Of a DNA stretch of 64,000 nucleotides, positions 32,928 to 44,861 are shown piece by piece. Under the pieces are notes generated by a model, which was not told where the DNA came from, searched no databases, and saw nothing but the letters and a program-made list of their open reading frames with translations. The DNA comes from Penicillus capitatus (Eukaryota > Plantae > Chlorophyta): assembly GCA_965649825.1 (NCBI GenBank), contig OZ287697.1, forward strand, positions 2,094,351 to 2,158,350, in the 5' to 3' direction. Both the position numbers and the translations under genes were made by a program. The stretch's first letter is position 1, and each line of letters starts with the position of its first letter.

Positions 32928-34338
32928 AGTCTACTATTGCAGCCAACATGTTCTCTTGAATTCAGCTCATGAGACGACAACGTTGAGAGTGTTTGACAAC
33001 TCATCAGAACAATTCAGCGCGCCGAACAGCAAAAATGCGCACCTTGAACAACAACCACTGGACGGATGCTCTATGCAGCGAGAGGTAAATTTGTTATCGA
33101 TATGGGAATCCTCAGGAGTGGTCAGACAAAACGCAACAGTTGACCATAGTACTTCTTACACGGCATGCACCCTGAAAGTTGCGGGTTCGCCCAACAAAAG
33201 GAGAGAATGACTCACCGTATCCTTCGCGGCAGAGCTTCATACAATGCGCTGCAGACGGATGACCGACTGGCCTGCTCCGAAGGAATCTCTCCGGTCCACC
33301 GCCCGATACCATGCCCCCTATCTGCAACACAGAACGGCATTCGGAGATTGGCCATTTCCGACTGTGTTTGGCAATACGGAGATCGGTCGGCGGTGCATCC
33401 GCCGACAAGAAACGGCTCTCAGCAACACGTGTCGGCAAGAAGAAGCATCTTACGAAGATAGCGGCGAAACCTGGTGCCTGTCTTGTCTGTCGTCGGCTCC
33501 ATGTCCCCAACAGACAACGGAGTCTCGATGAGAGACGAAATATGTTGCTTACTTTCATCGATCTGATAGGCGCTTGCCTGTTCGGAACATCAAGGGATGC
33601 GTCGCGTCATAAGGGCAAGCGAGTGTCAGAAGACAGCGACTGCGTTGATCGCTCAGGTAACGAAAACCGCTCGTCGTCTGCCCGTCTGTGATTGTCGCTG
33701 TCACTGGAACGGGCGACAACTGTCGGAATTCGCCTCAGCAGACGCGTCACGACTGCCATGATGTCTCTTTCGAGCACATTCCGCACCGAAACACTAAAAC
33801 GGAAAAGTCGGAGGTCATTGCGCCTCGAATTGCTTTACGTGGACAACCTCTCACCGTGCGTCATTTGGCCGTTGGTCACATCACCAGTCAGCGTTCCCGT
33901 CTGCCATACTCAATTCGGCTTCTCTGGTGAATGCGGGACAGTTTTTAGCGAGACACGCGCTCCCAAGATGAAAGACCACAAAGACAATGCTTCTCAGTGT
34001 CCACCGTCTTCTGCAATGTCACATCCGTCCCGTCCAGAGTCTAGGATTCGTCGGCGTCGTCAGTTTTCCATCATTGTAAATGCACGCCATCTTTGCAACC
34101 AGCGTCTCGTCAATTTCGCCTTCAGGTTTGCGGTCGACGACCGTTTCCCACACCCCAGCAGACACTTCTTTCTGTAGGCCGCACTCGGAATCTCTCTCGG
34201 CGTGTATATGTACTGGGCCCTCTACGTCAAGCACCGACGACCGGTTTCGCCGCCAAGACCTTCGACAGCACAGCTCGACGCTGCGGCGCGCGAGACCACA
34301 GGTGTCGCAGCGTCGAGTCGAAGACGCGAAGAAGCGCC

Positions 34339-36037
34339 ATGACTGAGACCGCAATAACGAACGCCTTCGTTGGCGTCGCCCTCAGGAGAACGGGCGACGT
34401 CGTCGTCCTTCAGCCTTTCCGCTCGACAGGGGAATGCGTCGAGACGCTGGAGATCGACCTCCGAACCGGCACAGCCGAAGCGTCGACGCGGCCGCGTTTC
34501 CTTCGTAGCTGCATCGCGTTCCCTGGACTTCTGGGAATGCTGCGCCTTGCCAAAGCAACGGTCCTCGTCACCATCAAGGAAGCGAAACAAGTGCATTCGC
34601 CTGCTCACGCAGACCGGACGGCGACAGCCTTTGTTTGTCCTGCAGGTCGCAACGGTGCATGGCTCCCCAGTTTACCGAGTGGTTCAGACAGAACTGCATC
34701 TTCCCAAAGGACGTTTACCATCGGAAGATGCCAAGTGCGTGCGTAGATGTGTGGACGCGTGATTTGTGCGAGCCCCTGTGCGTAGCCACATCGAATTGGC
34801 GAGATCGGCAGTGGATCCCAAACAAGCCGGAAGAGGACTGTGCTTCAGCAGCCGAATCCGACTGACGCCGACCACTGAGCGACAGGCGGCCGTCGGCAAC
34901 GAAAGAGGAGGAGGGTCGTGGGGACTGGAAGACACCCGCTTCTCCTGGAATCGCCATGTGATGGAACCCGTCACACGTAATACACATCCCTTTCCGCGAG
35001 GATGTCCAGATGTCGGCGGTGTAGAGCCGAGAGCACATGGATTTGTGTTACCTGTCATTCAACGCTTCGTACAGGAGCTGACGGATTCGGAATTCTGGCA
35101 CCGAGCAACCGGGAAGTTGACCCTTGTGGCACGTCGTTCGGTGAGACGCCTGGGCACGCGCAGCTGGAGAAGGGGCGCCGATCTCCAAGTGCTTCTTCGC
35201 GTCTACGCCTCACGAACCTGTATGTGTTGATGTCAGGGATCCGTGGCAGATTCCGTCGAGACAGAACAGCTTCTGTGTCTGTCGAATGGACATGTGTGTT
35301 CGTTCGTTCAGCTGCGAGGATCGATCCCCGCGTTTTGGACGAGCATTCCGAACTCAAGCACGAGCCACCCACGCGTCTCGGGAGAGAGATCGACTACACA
35401 CATGCCTTCGACGTTCACGTCAATGACCTTCTCCGTACGCACACAGTGAGCAACAAGGCCTGTGTCGTGGGGGACGGGATGCAGAGATGTTGTTGGACAG
35501 GAATGCGTTGCGGCGAATTTGGCACGCGCCACCGGATCTGAGGGTTCCTTGACAAGTGCATCCGAAAATGCCGCTCGGCGTTTCGCAAGGACGAAGGACG
35601 GCTTCCGTCTCAACAATTCTGATTTCCGTGAAGAATGTGGAACGACTCGATATCATCGTATCTACATCCTCTTCGACAGAATCCGAGCAGATCTGGATCG
35701 CTTTGGCCTGTTCGTTATGGTATCTCTATCCTCGTCCGATTTCGTGTGCGAACACAAGTGCATGACAGGAAGAGGGCCGAGCAACATCTGTTCAAGACGG
35801 CATCGTTCGCACCAATTGTGTCGATTGCCTTGATCGCACCAACGTCGTGCAAACCGTGTTTGGCCGTTATGCCTTGGAGTCCTTTCTCGAGAAAGCGCAT
35901 CTACTTGGGGTCCACGCATCTCTGCCAGCATCTTTCCCTCATGTCAGATACAGCGCCATCTGCTGTCATGTCGTCCGTAGCTTTGTGTTTGTGCAGGTCG
36001 AGGCCCGGTTCAAAGTGATCTGGGCAGATCACGGAGA
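34339..36037 (+). pseudogene. SAC1: SAC1 pseudogene copy 3, 3'-truncated
   Basis: RTNCVDCLDRTN present; same frameshift at about 35353; same truncation as copy 2. Confidence 0.85.
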
Positions 36038-36429
36038 GCAATCAACCAACTGGAGGTGTTGTGGGTGGGAAGCCTGGACGAGGTCCTTTCAGGCAGGTGA
36101 GACGGAGGTGGGTGGGTGGAGAAGAACTGGGATGAGCCCTCCGGCGGATGCATTGACGGAAGTCGAAAGCTGTCGAAATCCACCGATCGACGGGCACGCT
36201 AATTCTCCACTCCGAAAAAGCGACAAAGGAGTAGAAAACGTTGGAGGACACGCGACGTTGGTAAAGCTCTCAGGAACACTGAGAGACAATGGGAACAGCA
36301 GAAATGATCCCGCAGAACGTCCGGCAACTGCCCGCAGCGCCTTCTTGACAGAATCGAGGAGTGCAAAACTGCTTCATCGACAGAGTTACAGAGAATGGAA
36401 AAGAACGCCGGCACGAGTTCTCGAAGGAA

Positions 36430-37300
36430 ACTGCTCAGAGGGATACATGAGAGAGTTCGGAAAGGCGACCAGTGCAAACTTTAGGCTCTGATCAGCAACT
36501 CTCAAAGTAAGACTATGAATAATCAGCAGCACAGGCACACAAATAGATATATGGTAGGTGGGGGATTATATATTGACCCCAGACATCGCCGTCGAAAGGA
36601 AGACGGTGAAAGATTTCCACAGGTCATTCGACACGGACCGTATATTCAACCAAATGGCCGCCATGGAGGAGCATTTCAAGACGCCAATGCTGTTGATCGA
36701 ATTAGACGGGAGGCAGATTCCCCTATTGGATGATGATCTCACTTTGCCGATATCATCTAAGGATATCGTTTCCCGTCTTTTCGTATTGATGCATCATTTT
36801 CCAACCTTCGGGTAATCTACGATGATGCTTCTTGAATAACATTACAGAGTTTGTTTTGTGTTCTGCAGGTTGATTTGGTCATCATCTCCCGAGGCAACCT
36901 GCCATGTCTTTAGAGATTTAAAGAAAAATTCTCCCGAGCCGGATTTGGCAGAAATCCAGGAACGCTGTAAAGTAAGGGAGAAAGATGGAGATGAGGATAG
37001 CTGGAGAACCATAGACATCACCACGTAAGCCTTTTTCTGTCTATCTTATTGTTTGCTTACGTTTCAGATTGTCACAGAACTCTGCAATTTGTGTGACCCG
37101 AGACAGTGAGTGTCATGGAGCACGGACGAACGAGCCAAGCAACGTCATGTTCGCATACTGTCCAAGTTGATCACCTTGGTGTGTGACTTGCGTTTAGAGA
37201 CATACCTGGAGTGACAGAAGAAATCCGCCGGAAATTGCTAGACTCCATTCAGACTTTTAATACATCTTCTGAATTGTCATCTGTACAGTTTTTTAACTTG
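36430..37300 (+). pseudogene. XPF-like: XPF-like fragment, copy 3
   Basis: Mirror of copy 2, plus a TGA at 36489-36491. Boundaries approximate. Confidence 0.75.
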
Positions 37301-37893
37301 TAATAGAAGTTACTGAAAGTGTGACACCATATTAACTCCGGCTGTGACCACAGTTCCGCGACAGAAGTGTTGTTTCTGGCTGCGAGTGAGAGTGACAGAG
37401 TGAGCACAGCTGTCAGTGGAAGAGTGAGAGTGAGCACAGCTGTAAGCATGGCAGGTTCCGTCGGACATATTGAGTGCAACATCTATGTTCGACATTGCAT
37501 ATCTGCTGCGTGTTGTGAATTCTCCATCGACAGTATCTGTTGAATTTCTGCCGAGACGATGAGACATGATTGTTCGGTTAAAGGAATATCATAACACACA
37601 AAGTCATTACAATGGCAGAGTTCAGATATGACAGATTGAATGTTGAATATGTACGGCGGCTTGTTCTTGGCACGACGATGTCGCGTGTTCTAACGAACGT
37701 CGACACATGGATCAACGAACGTAACTCACGTCGGTCGTGTTATCCTTCATCATTCATCATTGTTTAGTGTCTCATACAGCATGCAATAAAAACACTCATG
37801 GTAAAACACATCAGAGCGAACACACTGACTCGTAAAAAGAACACAACAACAAAGAGTAATGAGATGCATCCCCCAAAGATATCTGAGAATTCA

Positions 37894-40800
37894 TCAGGGC
37901 TGTGCCGCTCCTTTCTGCGGATCCTTGGCATCTTTATTCGGTTTCTCGAGGGAGAAGGACGGTGGTCCAATCAGGGACAGGATGGTCGGCAGGAGGAGCA
38001 GGCCCGTAAACATGCCGGCGATAGTGGAAATGGAATACTGAACGAACAAACGATTTCTAATGGCTGGATAATCTGAAAGAGCAGAGGGCAGAATTCCGAG
38101 AAAAGTCGTAACGCCGCCATTGAATACTGCAATGCCCATAGTCTGGAGCGCGTGTATAGAACGTGTGAGACGATCCCCCTCGGCCAACATGAAATCTCGA
38201 GCAATGTGCGCACAGAACTCCACGGACAACCCAACCGTCACAATGAAAGCAACGTAGGCAGAGTATTCCAGATCGATAACAGTCCAACTGGTCATTCCAA
38301 CCGTCAGCAAAACAGAGAGCAGCACGCAGACAGACACGATGAGCGCGGCAAAGACGTTGACGATGAGGGGCAGCATGACGACCGTCGCGACAGCCATGGA
38401 GATGCCTATCGCCTCTACCGTCTTCAACGCCAGGTCTTCGTACTGCTCGCCGATGGCATACACCACGTAGTCGAACGGATAGACCTCGATCGACTGTCGA
38501 TCGAGGATGTCGCGTCCCTCCTGGAGGTGGTCCAGTTGACTGGGCACGCTCGTGAGGCCTCTGGCATAGACGTACGACCGCGTGCCCTTTGGCGTGCCGA
38601 AGGTGTTTCTCTCCGTCGTCGTCTCCTCGTCCAGGTTGATGAAGACTCTGGATGCACGTCCGGTCGCCGTGTTGTTCAGGAAATCCACCCAGTAGCTCTC
38701 GATCTTGCTGTCAAAGCCTTCGGGGTTCTCGTAGAAGTTGCGCTGTGTCAGCATTGGTCGATAAGGGCAGTAGCATTCCACCGAGTCCTTTTTGTACTGG
38801 CACCGTTCTCTCATTCCGACTGCCGCCTGCGGACAATGCGTCTCGCACCTCTGCTCACACTCTTCGGCTGACGCGACGCCGGCGCAGATGTTCTTCGACG
38901 GATGCGCAAAATCGGCAGAGGAGAAGCCATCGTAGTACCAGTGCACTTCGTCCATGCAGATCTCGTTCGAGCAGAACTTCGCTTCGACATACTGCGTGTA
39001 GAAATCCATCCACGACTGCGACATCAGCCGCCCCTCTGTTCGGTATCCTCCATCAACGTATTCGTACTCCGACTGCCTGGCCGCTTCAAAGTCTTGAGGG
39101 TCTGTGTAGTCGACGGAGTCTCGGAACACGATGTTGATCTGCGACGTGTCGAAGTAGTCTTCCATGGTTGTGAGGTAATCGTAAGTGTAACTCTTCGGGG
39201 ACACGGACTCACTCAAATCGAGCCCCTGTTCGAATGAAATCGTGTAGTAGATGCCAAACGCCATCCAGACGGCGAAGACGGCGAAGGTGGAAAAGGTCAG
39301 CGGCCAGCGGAAACTGCGAATCGTCTGAGAAAAGACACCTTCTTTCTCTTCCTGCGCATTTCCCTCCTGGACGGATGGCTCTGGCAGACGGACGCCAAAG
39401 AGCGCCAGCAAAAAATCTGGTTTGCCATCGAGGTGACGACGGACGGCGAAGGAGAGTAGACTGGGAACGGCAAAGATCGAGACGATGTAGGCAATGGCAA
39501 TGCCGACTGTCATTTGGACACTGAACCAAAGGACAATGGGCACAGGACTGAGGGTGCCGAGAGCGAAAGCAACTGCGTTGGTGGCGGATGAGAGAGTTAT
39601 GGACGTGCCTCCGATCGCCATGGCCTCGTACATGACTCCTTCTAAGCCTGCAGGACGGTCTGGGCGCAACAAGACGGACTTGAAAGCCGAACACAGGACA
39701 AAGAAATCATTCACGCCCAGACCCAACATCAGCAACGGCACCATCTGGACTGTGGTAAAAGAGATTTTGAAACTGGTTAGGGACGATACGTATCCGGCCA
39801 CGCCCAGAGTTGCCCCCACCGAAAGCAGTATGATGATGAAGCACAGGGCAGAGATGCCAGGTCCTGGTGGATTGTATGCCAGACGTACACCGGTCGGATT
39901 CCAGTCGAGGGTGACAAAAATCATTATGTACATCAGAACGAGGGCAAAGCCCAAGAAGAAGAGACCGAATTCCGCCTGGGCCGCCGCTTCCACTTCGTCG
40001 TCGATTGAACTGTCTGTCAGCCAGACGACGTTGATGTACTGGAACCGAGCGGCGACATCGTCCATGCCGTCTCTCCACGCCTTCTCCCACTCGTGCACCA
40101 GATCTCTGGCTTTGTCGATGGTGTCGGTGAGATCTCGGACTTCGGTGACGATGGCTTCGTACTGGATCGGGGTGTCCGCGCCGGCCACTTGCGGCTGAGC
40201 TTCAGTGGAAGTTGGATCGGCAGTCGATTCGGGGACCTCGCAGCCGAACTCCGAAACCAGCAAGGCACCCAACTCTGTCTGAGCATCGGTGTCGCCTTCC
40301 AGAGCCGCCGCGAAGAGACCGACTTGATCCGGATTCTCTTGGCCGTATGCGAGGGCGGCATCTGTGCACGTTGTGGAAGTGGCATCCGCAAGGCACGAGC
40401 AGATGGGTTCCTCTTCGGCGTCGGCGTCGGCATCGGCTGGCAGCGGACACCCGACCTCTTCGACCAGCAAGCGTCCCATTTCGGCGATGGCATCCTCGTC
40501 GCCTCCTCCTGCGGCTAAGAATGTTTCTTGATACTCTTGATTCTCTGCTACAAAGGCTGTGGCTGCCGTCGTGCACGCATCGCCGGCACCCGCAAGGCAG
40601 ACGCACACTTCCGGTGTCGTCGCAGCCGCTCTCTCGCCAACAATGAGCTCAAGATTCTGGCACCGAGGCTGGACTTCGACAGCCGTCAAACCGCATGCCG
40701 TGAAGATCTGGTTGGCAATTGGCGCCACTTCCGGGCGCAGTTCAAAGATCGTTTCGACGCAAGGACTCTGACGGACAGGGGCCGCCACATCGCAACAGCT

Positions 40801-41676
40801 CTGAGGTTGAGATGCGGCGCCGTCGATCGTGCATCCGGCTGCCACAAAGGCCGTCGCCTGGAGATTGGTGGCACACTCCACGCACGTCGAGGGATTGGAA
40901 CACGCGTCCTCGTTCACCTCCTTCTCTCTCCACTCGTAATACTGCAGTCCTCTCTGCCGCAGCTTCTTGGGAGACGAGGAACCAAAAAGAATCTGCAGAG
41001 CGCCGACGTGCGTGATCGTATCCTGATCTTCGGGGTCCACTTCGAATCCGCCCAGCATGAGCGAATCTGGATTCAGGTTCGTCTGCGCGATGAACGATCG
41101 CGTGAGATCTCGGCTGAAGTTGAAGTCTCGGTACGACGGCTTTGCCTGGAAGAGCACCGCGTAGTCAGTATTGTTCTCGCCGCCCACGTTGAACACGGCC
41201 CCTTCGCGGAAGCTCTCGAGCAACGAAGTCTGCCAGCACGGCTCGGCGGGATCGCCATCGACCGTCTTGAAGCAAAACTGCTCCAGCGACACTTGGCGGC
41301 CCTTGTAGTCGAACGCAAACGTTCGAATCTGCTCCTGCAGGGCATAGACCTCGTCCAGGGCGTCGGTGCTGAAGATGTCGACGCCGGGCTTTGGCGTGAC
41401 GATGACGGAGTTCAGGACGGGAGAGATGAGATCGAAGTTGTCGATGAAGTAGTTCTTCTCTCCGTCGATTCGACCGCGACGGGCGACGAGAAGTTCGTTG
41501 ACTCTAATCTCCGTATCGAACGTCCAGAGTCCACCGCAGAAAGCGACGAGAACGGCGACGAACAGAGCGATGATGAGACGCGGACGGCGGGAGACGGAGA
41601 CGCCGATGCTCCCAAAGGCTCTGTGAAACGCAGGCTCCGCATAGGAAGCAATCCCTAGAACTGCACGAACATACAT
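37894..41676 (-). CDS. NPC1/Patched-like sterol-sensing-domain RND protein (1260 aa, intronless)
   Basis: N-terminal TM, large lumenal loop, SSD helices with LGLGVNDFFVL, second loop, and TM block with GLSVEFCAH and GVTTFLGIL; no NPC1 N-terminal domain. Confidence 0.92.
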   Translation of the reverse strand: MYVRAVLGIASYAEPAFHRAFGSIGVSVSRRPRLIIALFVAVLVAFCGGLWTFDTEIRVNELLVARRGRIDGEKNYFIDNFDLISPVLNSVIVTPKPGVDIFSTDALDEVYALQEQIRTFAFDYKGRQVSLEQFCFKTVDGDPAEPCWQTSLLESFREGAVFNVGGENNTDYAVLFQAKPSYRDFNFSRDLTRSFIAQTNLNPDSLMLGGFEVDPEDQDTITHVGALQILFGSSSPKKLRQRGLQYYEWREKEVNEDACSNPSTCVECATNLQATAFVAAGCTIDGAASQPQSCCDVAAPVRQSPCVETIFELRPEVAPIANQIFTACGLTAVEVQPRCQNLELIVGERAAATTPEVCVCLAGAGDACTTAATAFVAENQEYQETFLAAGGGDEDAIAEMGRLLVEEVGCPLPADADADAEEEPICSCLADATSTTCTDAALAYGQENPDQVGLFAAALEGDTDAQTELGALLVSEFGCEVPESTADPTSTEAQPQVAGADTPIQYEAIVTEVRDLTDTIDKARDLVHEWEKAWRDGMDDVAARFQYINVVWLTDSSIDDEVEAAAQAEFGLFFLGFALVLMYIMIFVTLDWNPTGVRLAYNPPGPGISALCFIIILLSVGATLGVAGYVSSLTSFKISFTTVQMVPLLMLGLGVNDFFVLCSAFKSVLLRPDRPAGLEGVMYEAMAIGGTSITLSSATNAVAFALGTLSPVPIVLWFSVQMTVGIAIAYIVSIFAVPSLLSFAVRRHLDGKPDFLLALFGVRLPEPSVQEGNAQEEKEGVFSQTIRSFRWPLTFSTFAVFAVWMAFGIYYTISFEQGLDLSESVSPKSYTYDYLTTMEDYFDTSQINIVFRDSVDYTDPQDFEAARQSEYEYVDGGYRTEGRLMSQSWMDFYTQYVEAKFCSNEICMDEVHWYYDGFSSADFAHPSKNICAGVASAEECEQRCETHCPQAAVGMRERCQYKKDSVECYCPYRPMLTQRNFYENPEGFDSKIESYWVDFLNNTATGRASRVFINLDEETTTERNTFGTPKGTRSYVYARGLTSVPSQLDHLQEGRDILDRQSIEVYPFDYVVYAIGEQYEDLALKTVEAIGISMAVATVVMLPLIVNVFAALIVSVCVLLSVLLTVGMTSWTVIDLEYSAYVAFIVTVGLSVEFCAHIARDFMLAEGDRLTRSIHALQTMGIAVFNGGVTTFLGILPSALSDYPAIRNRLFVQYSISTIAGMFTGLLLLPTILSLIGPPSFSLEKPNKDAKDPQKGAAQP

Positions 41677-42545
41677 AAGCGTGTTGCTGCTCCGCGAGAG
41701 ACAAACATACGTCGCATGGTGCCTAGGCAGGCAGCACTATATGTGGCTGTGAATATTTCAGTGAAGCGAGGGGAGAAGAGAGGATGTCGTTTTTATAGAC
41801 GGACTCGGTCGTCTGACCTGGAAAACGTAAAGAGCGAGAAGCGATGTGCGGCGCAAAATGCGTTGATAGATCAGTTCAGCGGAGCCGAGGATACGTGCCG
41901 CGTCTCTTCGCAGGACGACCACACACGTCATTTCGGTTGTCATTGTCACCATGCGGATACCGAACGGAGCGGCTGCACATGGGTGGGTTTCAAAACGGCT
42001 TATGCGCCGGCTGGCCGAAGGAATCGACGTGGCTGTCGATGAGAATGGGATCTTTAGCCAAGGGCAACGCCCCTGATGTCAGACAGCGACCGGTCAAGCC
42101 TTAGGTGGCTGTACAGTTTCGTCTGCAGTCGTTAGAGGGGACGTCGGGATGTCTCGTATGTGAGATGCGTTCTGCTTCCTCCAGTCAATGGCACGCTACT
42201 GCATGAAACAGAACAGAAAGGGAAGTGCCTTTTCGGAACGGGATGTCCACATGACGGCATCGACGCCACATCCAGACACTATCCTTCATCGACTCCACTC
42301 CTGTAGTTCGCCACTCGATCGCTCGTTCGTGTCCACAGCGGTGTGCTGCACGTCGCAGACGGAGCCTCGCTGCAGCATCTGGCGAGAGCGCACATCACTG
42401 AATTGTAGGACAGCCGTCAACGCGGAAGAAGAATATCTCGGGGACGACAGGATCTGTGTCCCTTGGACGTGGCCACGGACGAAATGGAAGAGAGCCGGAG
42501 CCGATCAGACGTCAACGCGACGGTCAGACAGAGTGACATCACACA

Positions 42546-44317
42546 TCACGACGTGACCTTCAGCAAAAGCTTGTTCTTTTTTCCTGCTGCCAGCAAAAGC
42601 ATCTGTCCGTCGATCAAATCGTCCTCCGTCAGTTTCATCGCCACGTCTTGAACCTTCTGATTGTTCACTCGGATGCCGCCGTTGCGGATCATCCTGCGCA
42701 CGGCTCCCTTGCTCCCTTGCATCTTGACTTTGACAAAGACGTCTGTCAGGTAGGCATCCAGCACCTCGGATCTCTGCAGCGTGGCGGTCGGCGCCTCTCC
42801 TGCCGCCTCTGCCAAGGATGTCCCGTCAAGCTTCGTCTCGGAGCCTGGTCGGAGTGCCTGAGACAGAACGCCATCTCGCGCGTGTCGAGAACGAGTGGGT
42901 CGGTTGACTTCTGTGGCGGCGATGGCCTGTTGCAGTCCATCCTCTCCATGAACCATCCGCGTCACCTCCTCTGCCAGACGTCTCTGCGCGGCATTCGGGC
43001 AGTATCCCGATTCCGGAGCACCGGCCATGGCCGATTCGATGGTCTCGATCTCGGAGAGCGACAAGAACGTCAGCATCTTCAAGAAGCGGATGACGTCGAC
43101 GTCCCTGGTCGAGAAGAGGTACTGGTAGAACTTGTACGGCGACAATCTCTCCGCGGACAGCCACACAACGCCGCCCTCGGACTTGCCGAACTTCTTCCCT
43201 TCGCTGTCCACCTGTTCCAAAAACAGACACTGCCATCGTCACCCTTCGGAAAGGCTGGGAGACACCAGCAACGGAAAAGTGAGGCCCTGTGCCGTCGGAG
43301 CGGCCTCGTTCGGTGGCCACAGCCGTTTCACGAGATCCAATCCTGCCGTGATGTTGCCCCACTGATCGGAGCCTCCGATCTGCAACTCGATGCCGCCTCG
43401 TCGACACAGGTGATAGAAGTCGTATCCCTGCAGGAGCTGGTAGGAGAATTCGGTGAAGCTCAGGCCGCTGCCGCCGTCCTCCGTCGCCAGTCGCGATTTG
43501 ACCGAGTCCTTGCTCATCATGGTTCCGAGCCTGGCGTGTTTGCCGACGTCCCTCAAGAAGTCCAGCAGCCGCATCTCCCCGAACCAGTCCAGGTTGTTCA
43601 CGAACTGCAGAGGCGTGCCCCCGGCTGTCGCGTTTTTTGCGAAGATCTCTTCGAGCAGTGACTGGATACCTGTTCCACACACCGTCACGGCAGTTCGACC
43701 TCGAAACCCGCTTTACCGGCACTGTTCGTCTGCAGCTGCTCTTCCGTGAGCAGTGGCCGCTCTGTCTGCTTTCCGGATGGATCCCCCACTCGGCCAGTAG
43801 CTCCGCCGATGAGCGCGACCGGCACATGGCCATCCCGGTGAAACCACATGAGCACAATGAGGCCCAGCAGATTGCCCAGGTGCAGACAGTCCGCGGTCGG
43901 ATCAAAACCGCAGTAGAGTTTGATGGGACGTCTCTGCGTCATCTCTCGCAGATCGCCAAGACCGGAACAGGATTCGATGAGACCCCTCTGCTCCAAGTGC
44001 GACAGGAGATCTCCCGCTTCCCTCTCCGCTGAATGCCCATCTGTCTGGGAGCTTGAAGACAGGGCTCCCGCAGTCACGCTTCAGATCCGCATGATCGTCT
44101 GAAGAGGAGGAGACTGGCTATACTTGAGACGGCGACAGAGGATGTCTGCGCAGCCGTCGCTTCGCGTCAGCTTCATGAAAGGATTTCCGAAGGGGGCGGC
44201 CTCGCCTGACGTGACGTCTGCCGCGCGCCGCGTCCATTGAGAGAGAGACGCGCGAAGGAAGAGTGAGGGACGCTGCCAGCCGCACCGCACCGCCCGCACG
44301 AGTTCGAGTCGCGCCAT
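42546..44317 (-). CDS. TyrRS: Organellar (bacterial-type) tyrosyl-tRNA synthetase, multi-exon
   Basis: [40 protein letters not shown] and a C-terminal S4-like domain; transit-like N-terminus. Confidence 0.95.
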
Positions 44318-44372
44318 CGATCTGCGCTGATGTGACCGTCGTTCTTCAAAAACGCCATCCCTCCTCAAAATC

Positions 44373-44767
44373 TCAGCCCATGACATGGACCACGGACTTC
44401 TCCTCGTGTCTTTTCGCGCTCCTTGACTTCGTTGTCTCCAGTCTCACCCTCCAGTTCTCGTCCGGCGGCGTTCCTAGCTCCTCTTCGTGCGAGAGGACAA
44501 ATCCAGTGTCGATGTTGCCCTGTTGAAAATCTTCTGTTTCTAAGATGAGCTTATGGTAGGGAGCTGTCGTGGGCACACCCTCAATCACGCACTCCTGCAA
44601 TGCCCTCTTCATTCGAACGATGGCCTAAGAATATCAACAGACAGCCTCCAGAACATCGATCTTTCACATGTGAAGAAGAGTGACCTGATCTCGATTCTCT
44701 GCACAGACAATGAGTTTTCCCAGGAGGGAATCGTAGTGTGAGGGGACGAGATAAGAGGGGGTTGGTA
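44373..44767 (-). pseudogene. accC: Orphan C-terminal fragment of plastid-type biotin carboxylase
   Basis: YLVPSHYDSLLGKLIV, 60-nt phase-0 intron, AIVRMKRALQECVIEGVPTTAPYHKLILE...IDTGF; no upstream BC sequence. Confidence 0.8.
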
Positions 44768-44861
44768 CTAAAATGTTCGCCATTACGCAGATGCAGGAAA
44801 GCAGGCATACTACGCTTATTATGAATACATCTTATCTTTTCTGAAACTGGCAATACTTGCG

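Larger units (their letters stand above)
32412..39200 (-). repeat. Right arm of the large inverted repeat (contains the 3' end of the intact Patched gene)
   Basis: Reverse complement of 17933-24684 with small indels (35 nt and 4 nt). Confidence 0.95.

Noticed and set aside
17933-39200. Inverted repeat as a giant DNA transposon, Pack-type element or Helitron capturing genes
   Set aside because: No transposase, Rep/helicase, short TIR or TSD seen; arms end inside host genes and one junction shows microhomology instead.
40528-41658. 376-aa plus-strand ORF, and similar long ORFs such as 42648-43661, 39494-40198 and 3476-4195
   Set aside because: They lie antisense to, or in an alternate frame of, GC3-rich genes (Patched, TyrRS) and show no recognisable motifs; expected shadow ORFs.
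41716-42545. Short ORFs between Patched and TyrRS
   Set aside because: No motif or convincing exon chain recognised.
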